A stretch of 58,733 nucleotides of DNA, filler included, from Platydemus manokwari (taxonomy: Eukaryota): NCBI GenBank assembly GCA_037951405.1. It is 5 parts of 5 records of this genome, joined end to end, with 100 filler letters (N's around TTAATTAATTAA, not from the genome) between each part and the next. Parts side by side here need not be neighbours in the genome. Positions count along the whole stretch, not along the records: positions 1 to 9,079 come from JBBMOY011302762.1; positions 9,180 to 25,535 come from JBBMOY011184766.1; 3 more parts are not named here. One strand, written 5' to 3'. The position numbers and the translations under genes were made by a program. The notes beneath the pieces were generated by a model that worked only from the letters and a program-made list of their open reading frames with translations, made no database searches and had not been told where the DNA came from. Every line of letters begins with the position of its first letter. Position 1 is the stretch's first letter. Positions 1 to 11,131 of this stretch are shown here, in pieces.

Positions 1-320
1 TATCTGCAAATGGAAAATATTTTGATTGAATTTCATTAAATAAATATTTTAAAAAATGTTTTTGTTTTTTAAAAAAAGCCGGAATCATACTAATACACCT
101 AATATAAACATAAATTGTTAATCAAAAATGTTTTTTATCAGATTTACTTACATGCAAATTATACATAAATAAATAGTTTATATTAATTGGATAAACCAAA
201 TTTAATGTTTTATGCCATAATAAACAAAATCGTTGTTTTTTTAAAGTATATTTTAATTTTTTGGTGTTAACAAACTTTTTTAAAAAAACTACTTTATTAT
301 TATTTTTATTTGGACTCGTA

Positions 321-356
321 AAGTGGGTCGCAACACAAAAGGTTTGAAGACCACTG
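321..356. mobile_element. hAT (Charlie-like) DNA transposon terminal remnant
   Basis: GGGTCGCAACACAAAAGGTTTGAAGACCACTG resembles the typical hAT/Charlie right end (...TTTGAGAACCACTG). No partner end is visible. Confidence 0.45.
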
Positions 357-3300
357 CTTCAGACAACATTAACTTAATTTTATTATATTATTATTATCAA
401 TAAATATTAAAGGTCGTTTTATCAAATCCCCAAATCTTGTTTAATTATTACCAGAAATTTATATTTGTTTTATCGAAGTTCCAAAGCTCCTTTCGAAGTA
501 AGTTTTTGTAAGCAAATTTTTCAAGCGTTAATTGTGATGGAAATTCATTTTCTTATCTACGATTTTCCATCACTTGTAAACTTTAATAATTTTTTATGAC
601 TTTGTTCCTTAATTATTTATCACTTTAAAAGTACAGTAAACTTAAAAATTCATTAATTTGGTTGACATTACAAATTTTATAATATAATTTGTCAATCTTT
701 ATTATTTAAATTCCTTTCTATTCTTTATTTATTTTATGACTATAATCATTCGATTTATATATTGGAGTTTTGACCCAATAATTAATTTACACTTAAAAAA
801 TTATGTGCTACATTGTATAAATTTTTATAACAATTATATTTTTATCCATGATAATACGTATGACATGTGCATCAATATTTATTGTATTGATTTTTATTTA
901 TTCAGTGTGTATTTTTTTATATCTTAACAACTCTTAAAAACATCTGGGTGAAATCATCTTAAAATATTATATTATATTTGTATTTATCGTAATTATTATC
1001 TATAAATAACTAAAATAACAATACCTAAAATTCCCGTTGACGAAAAATCCATTAAATCCCCTAAATAATAAATTAATTTATAAAATCACAGTATGCAATA
1101 TATTATCACGCAATAACATCGACAAATACTTTACCACACATTATCGCGCACATAAATTCAGTCATTGAATAAAATATCCACTCGATTAAATTTAATCTTA
1201 GAGAATATTTCTCTGTATAATAAATGTAATTAGAGAGAATTTCTCTCATCGATAAATAAATTCCAGTGAGAAAATAATAAATTCACTGGGTTAGATTTAA
1301 TAGCAGAGAATATCTGACAGTGATTCACCAGTGCTTATATAAGGCAGCAGTCACAATTAACTCTGCAAAAATTCCATTATTTTCACATTACTGAAGACAC
1401 AGCTACATGCCACATCGATCTTCATATACGGGAGAAAATATGTATATTATATATTATATAATTTATCTCTTATTATCGAGTTTTCACTGAACCACCTAGA
1501 AAGGTAATTGGTTCTGCTTCATGAGTAGGTAACACTACTGCCACACCTATTGTCTTCACATAATAAAGCTAGACGAAGGAACCACAACACAGTGAGGATT
1601 ACACCCGTGGCCTCAATCAGGAGCTCATAGAGACTGAATAAGACAATATTGGTATCAAATAGAATTAAGCTTACTAAAATAACAAAATCAATAAGGTCCG
1701 AACGTAACATATAAATAATAGTACATGTTTTATTGAAATATTTTATAAACATCCAGGTCCACACTTCAGTTTCTCTTATCCAATGTCTCAAATTTTTGAT
1801 TTGATTTAATTGGTGCGGTCGGCTTTTCAAACACATTTTTGGATGTTTGGGCAGTGATTGGGGCAGTGATGTGGGTATTAATGTGTGTTTCTCTTTTCTT
1901 GCTTGCAGGTATTTCTCCTCAGCTATTTTGCTCTTCACTCATCATATGAGCTGATAGTAATGGGAACTTTTTCTTCATCGCTCCTTCATTATTTGAGTAG
2001 AGCACTAGCCGATTAATGGTTACCTAAAAAACCCATAAATTTATTGTTGTTTATGATTTCCCAAAAATTTATTTTTAATTCTCTAATTTATTATGTACCT
2101 TGTAGCGAATTCAAAATGAATTAACGTTTTAAATTTAATTAATATTTCATATAAAATGAAATTAATTTGTTTAAATAATTGCATTTAATTATATAATATT
2201 GTGTAGTGACTTTTCCGGTATTTTTCATGGCGATCTTCATAAAATAGTTACAAATGACACATCACGTGCTTTAGTAATTGGTTACCCAGTCTGCTCCTGC
2301 AGCACATGGGATAGTCATATTTTAGTACTTTTAATCCCGCTGAAGAAACTTTATTAGAGAATGAAATTAGAGTGGGAATAGTAAAGCTTGAGATGATTTG
2401 TTTAATGAGGATAAAGGTGATGGAGAATTCTCCATAATAAACAGTTATTAGGTTATCAATCAATAATTTAGATCTGAAAAATTGTATTAACTAAAATATT
2501 ACACTCAAAGACTCAAAAACAACAGTAAATCTTTAAACAATTCACAAAGAAAATCATTCAAGACGTGATCACATTTATAAAAATAGAATGATCTATTTAA
2601 ATAATTTGAAATTAAATAAATGTCTACTTTTTAAAAGGTTTGCTCCACTAATTTAATCAAACCAGTTCACATTAGTCAATATAATAATGAATCTTCTTAT
2701 GGTAAATCTATGGATGATGCAAATATCGATGCCAGTCAATCAATTTTTATCATCTAAATATTTATACAATTTCCTTTATTCGTCTGGAAAATTATTTACA
2801 ATTTTAATATTTAGATTTCAAATATCGGAAAAGTTTTCCAAATAGACAAAGATATTAATTTATAATATTACATTTTAGAATCATAAAATCTTATGCAATA
2901 ATACTTATCGATTGTTCACACCACCTTCCGATTTCCAATATCAACATTTCTTTATCGACAACCTTAACATTGACTATTTCATTGATAATTGTGTCTGATT
3001 GACAATTAAAGCATTAAGCTGACATAAAATATCTTCAGAAATCGATCATTTAAAAATATAGTTAAGTCTTTGATTATTTTCGAAGAAACACCCTTTTACA
3101 CCCACAAAACAAATTGAATGAATAATAAATATAATTAATTTTATTATAATAATAAATATTGATTTATTTTTAATATTTTGAAAACAATTTATCAGTGAAA
3201 ATTTATGTTATTCATTTAGTTAAAACTATACTTATACAAAAGATTAAGCAAATAATTTTGGTTTTCCAATTTTGATGTTACTAAATTTAGATACAAAATT

Positions 3301-4149
3301 TTTGAAGTTTTAAAAATGTGAAATGTCGATTTGTATATCATTGTTAATTTTTCGTATATCAACAAATCTTACCTTTATTGCGTGTAAATTTAAGACGAAC
3401 TAAATATTCAAGATCTGACATCTTTATTTGAATATGAAAGGTTATTTCAAACTATTGGATAACATTATTCATTGTGTTTATTTCTTATTAAAAATAATGA
3501 TTCTTTATGAAATTGTTTTGATGGTACGAACTGATAGGAAATACCAAAACATTCAAAAGATAGTGACGAGTTGTAAAGACTATTTGCAAACTTATTTTAG
3601 TCATCAATCATAGAAATAATGTTCTTAAAATTACTGATATTCTATTGAAATATCAATCATATGCACTCATAGGTCAAGAATAAATACAAGGTAAAGAACA
3701 CTTGCAAAATTAAGAAAATGATGGGAATCAGTCACGAAAATAAATAGAAAACGAAGAGAAACCATGTCATCACACGAATTGAACAATTAATAAAGACAAA
3801 AATATTATAAGAAATAAATAAAATCAGTATATAATGTCAACATAATTAAAGAAAAAGTAAGTATGGCAAACAGTTATCAATTTTATGTATCATAAGTACG
3901 GCCTTTCGTTACATTAACACTTAAATGATCTTGCACAAAATTATTAATTTCACCTGACTAATCTTTGAAAATTATTGTTAAAATTGATTTGTTTATTAAA
4001 CTATTTATGTACATTGTGAAATTCCAATGGTTTTCCAAATCTAATTATACAAATCAACAATAAATTATGATTTTTCCATTGTAGCTAAATTTAGAATGAC
4101 GATAAAATATAAATATCCAATAAGTTTGCGTTATTTCAATTAATTCAAA

Positions 4150-5714
4150 ATGGCAGTTAAAATCGACTAGTAAGTTAAACTATGATACATTTTATAGTGT
4201 ATTTTAATTATTTATTTGGTTATGTCATTAAATATATGATTTCATCTTTATTTTAATTATAATAATTTTCATTTTAAAGTTGTTATATTGAAATTTATTT
4301 TAGTGCTCTTTATGAAAAATATAGATCGAAAAGTGAGCTGACAAAATATTTGAAAGACAATCCAAGATTCACATGTGAAGCGTGTAGAGAAATTTTAATT
4401 CAACCATATCAAACGATTTGTGGAAATAGATATTGTTATTCATGTATAAAAAAGTGGATTGATGAACTTCAAACATGTCCTGGATGTAATGAATTAATTT
4501 CGTCATTGGAAAATAACTTCATACCTGACAAAGCAATTGAAAAAGAAATTTTTAAATTAAAAATAAATTGCATAAATGAACCATGTGATGAAACTTTTCG
4601 ATTTATTGATCTCAAACAACATTTAGAAACTTGCAACTACAGAAAAGAGATTTGTAATCTTTGTAATGAAAAGTATTGTTTTAAAAATAAACAAGAACAT
4701 TTGGATTTTAATTGTAAAATGAAATGTATAAAATGTACAGATTGTGGTTTAGATTTTCAGAGACAACAAATGGAAATGATACACCGAAATGTGAATGTAG
4801 AAAATATAAATGATTTATGTGCAAAGTGGACTCGATCATGTCCCCATAATTGTTGTGATATAATATTTGATAATATTAAATTACATTTACAAATGTGTCC
4901 CAATCGACCTCTGAAATGCATGTTTGTGGGTATTGGTTGTAATAAAGTTGTTGAAAATGCATCGTTGAATGATCATCTAAAAAATGATGAATATACTCAT
5001 TTGAATTTACTGACAAATAATCTTCAAAAGGTCAAATCGGAACAGATTTGTATTGAATCTCAATTATCTGAAAACAGAAAATATTATTCTTCAATTATCG
5101 ATTCTATTAGAACTTCGACTATGTTTTCTAGTGAAACATTTTCGGAATTAACTGCAAAATTAATGGAAAGAGAAAATACGATGAAAAAACTTGAAGATCA
5201 AATTCGAACGATAAATAAAACCGATCCCAATACAATTCATCTGGTATCGTTGTCAAATAATGATGTGGAATTCGTTTGGACAATCAGAGATATTGTTGAG
5301 AAAATAAGAAATGCCAAAAATAATCTTCAAACTCAAATCGTCAGTAATTCATTCTATTTGAATATTCCTGGATATAAAATGGAATTGAAAATTTATCCCA
5401 ATGGAGATGGAATAGGAAAAAATGAATTTTTATCCATTTTCTTTACTATTTATAAAGGTGATTATGATGATGTGATTTCGTGGCCGTTTTCGAAAAAGAT
5501 TTCGATGGGTTTAATGAAAGATAATCGATTAATTTTATCAACAATGGTCACAATAAAACCAGATAATAATCCCATGTGTTACGGGAAACCTACTAATCAA
5601 TGCAATATTGGATTTGGACATCCTCAATTTATCAGAATCAGTGAAATATTAAATCATCACCACCATATCACAACAGATGGTTCATTGACGATAAAATTTA
5701 ATCTACAGTTATAA
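4150..5714 (+). CDS. TNF receptor-associated factor (TRAF) family protein: RING, TRAF-type Zn fingers, coiled coil, MATH domain
   Basis: RING CEAC...QTICGNRYCYSC...CPGC, TRAF Zn fingers, and MATH motifs FVWTI, GYKMELKIYPNGDG, WPFSKKI, GFGHPQF. Proposed exon 1 is 4150-4169 (ATG GCA GTT AAA ATC GAC TA|gtaagt), then intron 4170-4303 (tttag), then exon 2 4304-5714 in matching phase, giving MAVKIDYALYEKYRSKSELTKYLKDNPRFTCEAC. Confidence 0.95.
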
Positions 5715-6399
5715 TTCATGAGATTATTTTTGATAAATTTTATCTTTTCGTTATTTATTTCGAGGAAATTATGATTATTTTTGTAATTATTACATGTTTT
5801 GTTTATTAAACCGTTGCTAATTTCGTTTATTTTTCTATTTAATCAATATAATAATAATAATATAAATAAAATAACAATGAGTGATGCGACAAACATAAAT
5901 TTTTATCATATTCAAAAAGCAAATGAAAAAGATTACTATTATAGTTTATTAACAAATAGAAATAGTAACGAATCATTAAAATTGAATAACGTTGAAATTA
6001 TTATATGTTACAAATGCAAAAGTTTTAATTAAATGGAGGCATAAGAAGCGATATCATTCGTTAAAACATAGCATATAATGACTGTAAAACTTAGCATTTA
6101 CCTGCAAAAACCTTGGATCTAGGAGAGCGCTACTACTGACAACATAAGGATACAGATCATGACAAAGTGAAGGAAATTTATTTATTTTTTAGAGTGAGTA
6201 GATTTTATCATTTCACTATCGCAATTAACTATTGTAACATTTATGAAACCATTTCATTATTAGCTACCTCCACTTGGTTTTCGACATCTCTTGTGTGGAT
6301 ATTAGAAGCAGTCTACTTGCGTATTGTATTTGCCTATTTTGTTGTTCTTTACAATGTTGTTTAATTTTTAAGTTTTCCAAATAAAATTATCAATCGTAA

Positions 6400-7480
6400 T
6401 TGTTGTTTCTCTTCACTTATTGAATTATGGTATCCATATTTATTGATTAATGTGTACGTTATTATTAAAGATGTTGTTACCAGAAGGTTTTTTAAATCTC
6501 TAACTAATATGGACTCCAGAAGGTAAAGGCTGTTATTTAGAATTAATCTTCGGATTATAGTAAAAATAGTATCTAAAATATGAATAGAAATTATCAAATA
6601 AGAAAATATAAAACAATAAAATATATTTAATTGAGATAATTTTACAAAAATCAGCAAATAAGATAAAATTTTATTGTATAAGTACAATATCCACACGAGG
6701 AAACAAAGGCACATCACTTAGATGTTCAGACAGGTCTGTATATAAAAAATGAAAGAAGGAAACCAAATATTGAGTCTTTTGAGATTTTACAAAAGCGCGA
6801 GTATAGAAATAGTCTTGGGTCTGCCTATAATTACAATAACAACAAAAAATTTCTTCATCGTGGTATATCTTCAGAATAATTGAAATAAAAATTGAAATTC
6901 GCTCTGCAAATGAATAAGGAGATAATAAATTATTATGTGCCAAAATATCTAAGGTTCGGATATGTGCGAATGGTAACCTGTTCCACTTATTTACAAAATG
7001 TTTCAATGTATTCCATGTATGTATATTTCATGCGTCATGTCACTATTTTTAGTAACATTCTGTGATTAATATCATCTGTTACTATTCTTGGTGTCTCCAA
7101 TGTTTTAGTTATTGTTTTTTGTTCACATAGTCATTTATAATAACTTTTGATGTTAATTTTCCTGCGACTTAAGTCCTTATACGAGTTACTGAAGCCATTT
7201 AGGGACAAATTAGAGCTAATATCAAGTATCTTCAAATAACTTAAATTTAATAATATTGTTAAAGATTGTAGGTTTTAAATTTAAATATTCGATTTAGTTC
7301 AAATTAGAAATGTAGGATTTGTAAATATTATTGATTAATACTTTTATTAGTAGGCTTTTATAATAATTATCAGAATGGTTTTATCTATTTAATAATGCCG
7401 TCTATAATCTTTAACTTATCTGGACTCCATAACTAAGGTTGTTGCTGTTTTTGTCACTCGGTTATAAAATAATAAATAAC
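6400..7480 (-). mobile_element. possible degenerate non-LTR retrotransposon (L1/Tx1-like) ORF2 C-terminal relic
   Basis: Stop-riddled coding-like sequence with W...HNNLL...CCYCNYRQTQDYFY, loosely like the zf-RVT CxxC-ET-xxH region. No RT core is seen. Confidence 0.25.
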
Positions 7481-7658
7481 ATTTAAAATCTAAATAATCA
7501 AGACAAATAAGTCAACACAATAAAATATACTCATTTAATTAGCAGATAATATTAAATTAGTAAAGTTAAAAACAAATTCAATGGTGATAAGCAAAAGAAC
7601 CTTCTAGCAAACAGTATAGGGAATGCCGCTTGGGTGGCCGGACAAGCCTCTCTTAATA

Positions 7659-8273
7659 CAGTGGGGAACCAAAAATGTGAGCTTATGTGATTTAAAAATT
7701 TATGGTATTAATAAAAATATACTTTAATAAAAATAAAAAAAATGTTTACTTATGTTTATAGCTGGAACAATTGTAAAAATAATAAATAATTTCTTCCTAA
7801 TGTGGTAATCCGAACAATAAAGTCAAATATCTGTTTGGCCAAATTCTTTTTCTGATATTACAAATAAAATAAAATGTGTGCTATTCAATTTTGTGTCGTC
7901 GAAATTGTGCAGATGTAGAATTGTGCAAAAAATGATTATTTCTGCAAATATATATACTGTTTCATGGATTAGTATGATTCATGCTATCTTTAGTGACATT
8001 CTATGCTTAGTAGCATATGTTACTATGTTTAGTTTGAGTGGTTATTTTTGGTAACTTTTGATCCGATTTCGATTTTTCATATAATAGTACTTTATTTTTA
8101 GATTTTAATGCTATTTTTTCTAATGACCTTGATGTTGATTAATTTTGTTGTAGTAAAACAAATTTAAAAAATTTTATGAATATTTTTGTGTTATTTGAAA
8201 ATTTTTTTTATATTAATATTTCTGATTGTTTAATAATTAGTTGGGTTTAAATTGCCTGAATGGTTCCCCACAA
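7659..8273. mobile_element. candidate non-autonomous Tc1/mariner-type element
   Basis: Perfect 11-bp inverted repeat GTGGGGAACCA (7661-7671) / TGGTTCCCCAC (8261-8271), with TA at 7657-7658 and 8274-8275. The terminal 2 bp mismatch. Confidence 0.35.
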
Positions 8274-9079
8274 TATCATTTGTGTATATTTTTATGTATA
8301 TATTCAATACATTGTTATATTAGGACTTTCAGTTTGACATAATTTAAAGTGGTTTATTTGTTGTTCATTAGCTGTAATCATTAGTATGAAATATTAGTAT
8401 GAAATACTAATATCATCGATTCAGCTGTTGTAAATGCTACAGGGGTGTCATACACCCATTTGATTCATTTAAATTGTAAATAACATGTTGTAAATATTAT
8501 ATTATCCATACACAAAGCACATTGTAAATATTATAGCACATTATACGTATAAAATCATATCATGGTAAATATCAAATCACCTATCATCCATATAACAATC
8601 TAATACAAAACATCAACCCATCGTAACCATTACAATAGCATGTCATTTATCACCGTTTTTCTCTAATTATGAATGGAGAATCAGATCAATTACAATTGAA
8701 CGATTAATTGGATGATATTTGGATCGGACCATTGATGATATTGATTTAATTAATAATTATATTTTTAATGGACAATGTTATTTGATTATTTCATTTATTG
8801 CAATGATAATATTATATTAAATCATTTGATTTTTTTATTTATTATTTTAGTGTAATGATGGAAACTTGTTTGGTGAAGATTGATAGTAAATCAACGATTT
8901 TTCAACCGATAATTAACTCTATATTCAAGTGAGATGCTGTGAGCTAGAGATTGATGTTTCCACCAATATCTGAAACTTCACAGATTAATAGGTTGCGTGT
9001 ATTGAGTTATATAATAATATGAATAAGAATAACAATAATATGATAACAATACTTTATTATAGTAAATATTAACAAATGT

Positions 9080-9179
9080 NNNNNNNNNNNNNNNNNNNNN
9101 NNNNNNNNNNNNNNNNNNNNNNNTTAATTAATTAANNNNNNNNNNNNNNNNNNNNNNNNNNNNNNNNNNNNNNNNNNNN
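9080..9179. other. artificial contig spacer
   Basis: 44 N + TTAATTAATTAA (stops in all six frames) + 44 N. Confidence 0.98.
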
Positions 9180-9302
9180 ATTCTCTTCTTTAATGTTTAT
9201 TTTTAGATTACCCTGGGTGGTGGTTTATTGATTCTCTTCTTTAATGTTTATTTTTATGTCTGCAAAACAGTTTTATTAACACATTCTGTACATTGATTGC
9301 AG

Positions 9303-9506
9303 CTTTTGGTTGATGGACTTAACATTAAAGATTTGAATCTGAAGTGGCTTCGTGAACATATTGGTGTTGTCAGCCAGGAGCATGTCTTGTTTGATGCCTC
9401 TATTGAGGAGAACATTCGTTTTGGTAAAATTGATGCCACGGATAAAGATATTCAGCAGGCAGCAATGGACGCTAATGCTCCTGATTTTATTACGTTGCTT
9501 CCACAA
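9303..9506 (+). pseudogene. isolated exon of an ABCB/P-glycoprotein nucleotide-binding domain (Q-loop region)
   Basis: A 204-nt exon bounded by tgcag| and |gtaggt encodes LLVDGLNIKDLNLKWLREHIGVVSQEHVLFDASIEENIRFGK...ANAPDFITLLPQ. Canonical QEP is QEH and ANAH is ANAP. No downstream LSGGQ exon is found. Confidence 0.75.
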
Positions 9507-9931
9507 GTAGGTTCATGTTTACACCATATGCTATTTCTTCTTCATTATCTTACAAAATTATTATCAACTTTATTATTTATTAAAAACGATCTAAATAGCA
9601 ATGATTTATTTTATTCTTAATTTCGATATTTGAAATTAGAAAACATCTTTCGAAAACAAAAATAGTTTTTATAATAAAGCCAAAAAATTAACATTAAAAT
9701 TTCGATATGAATTTTATTTGAATATAGAACAAAATTTCACAGAGTTTTATATCTGCCAAATAAATACTTTCGTTCAATTTTATAATTTTCATTTCGATAT
9801 ATATATACGTAGATGTGCTGTCAATAAAAACGCATCAAATTACAAAATCATCTTCGAAAGATTCATTCATTCAATTGTGACAATTGATAGCGAAAATATA
9901 TTTTAAAAACGAATCAAAATAAGATAGAATT

Positions 9932-11131
9932 CTAGTTTTCTATTATAAGTCCTGAATTATAATGTCCAAAATTGTTGAAATCGATATCATTTCTAGTTTC
10001 AAATTTCAAATCATTATTTGGATACCCATTTGTAATTAATTTTGGCTCATGATGAATGAAATTTATAGAATTATCTTCTAACAATTTTGGTTCAAAATGA
10101 TGAAAGATCACTGAATCTTGATCTTTTATTAATTTAGGCTTATGATCATGAAATTTGTTATCTTCATCACCAGAGGAAAGGCTTAGTGAATCATCAGACA
10201 TCGATACTGTTCTGACCTTGCTTTTGAACTGAGCGCAGTACATATAGATTGAACCATTTTTATTATCTTCCAAGATATCTTTGCTTAAATAATTTATGCA
10301 GGTAACATCTTCATCACAATCACTCATATCTAAATACATCGTACTTCCTGGTTTCATATATAAATCCTTTAATCTTGGTTGAGAAAGACCATCACAGTGC
10401 ACTCTACCATCCATTTCACTCTCATCTGAACTTCGTGATGATCGTCTTGAGCTACTTACGGGAATATTCAGATCTGGCTCGTAGAAGCTTTCATCAAAAT
10501 TTACTACTGCCATTTCTCTTGTACTAAGCATTTCAGAATGAATGGATATTTTTTCAACTTCATCATTATTTTGTAATGAATAATCTACCGTGTCTCTTGA
10601 GTCCAGCTCAATTCTTGGTACATCGATCGACATGGATCGTGAATCATCTGACGGAAGAACGACATCCTTTACTTCATTGTTAACTTTCTTTTCTCCTTCA
10701 ATTTCATCACAAAACGCACTCAAATCGTCAACGTTATTGAATTGAAATACTAAAAACCATCGATGAGTTTTGTGATGAACGCCCATAATAACCATGGTTG
10801 GATCTCGATGCAAAACGAAAAACTTGTTTACTTGAGTATATGGAACCCTATGATGGACTTTAGAAATACCCTTTTTGTCACCAAATGAGAACATTTTCTT
10901 CGCCTTGTACATTTTGATCGTTGTATCTTGGAATAAATTTTCATTCTTTTTGTAAATGACTTCAAACAAATCAATGGCATTTTCTAAATTAATATCTCGA
11001 TTGTTCTTCTTCTTATTCAAATCATATTTGCCCCGAAATTTGCATGAAAATTCTAAGTTCGGCTTTGTCTTTGAACTGCTTTTGCTCGCCTTGCCAGATT
11101 TAGTTTGCTTATTAGATGAATATTTTGACAT
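9932..11131 (-). CDS. uncharacterised 399-aa intronless protein with predicted PH/PTB-like N-terminal domain and Ser/Asp-rich tail
   Basis: Clean 1.2-kb ATG-started ORF in AT-rich DNA. Residues ~25-145 show a beta-strand pattern followed by a terminal helix (FLVFQF...DDLSAFCDEI). There is a GSIYMYCA motif and three imperfect H-x-x-PKL repeats near the C-terminus. Confidence 0.75.
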   Translation of the reverse strand: MSKYSSNKQTKSGKASKSSSKTKPNLEFSCKFRGKYDLNKKKNNRDINLENAIDLFEVIYKKNENLFQDTTIKMYKAKKMFSFGDKKGISKVHHRVPYTQVNKFFVLHRDPTMVIMGVHHKTHRWFLVFQFNNVDDLSAFCDEIEGEKKVNNEVKDVVLPSDDSRSMSIDVPRIELDSRDTVDYSLQNNDEVEKISIHSEMLSTREMAVVNFDESFYEPDLNIPVSSSRRSSRSSDESEMDGRVHCDGLSQPRLKDLYMKPGSTMYLDMSDCDEDVTCINYLSKDILEDNKNGSIYMYCAQFKSKVRTVSMSDDSLSLSSGDEDNKFHDHKPKLIKDQDSVIFHHFEPKLLEDNSINFIHHEPKLITNGYPNNDLKFETRNDIDFNNFGHYNSGLIIEN

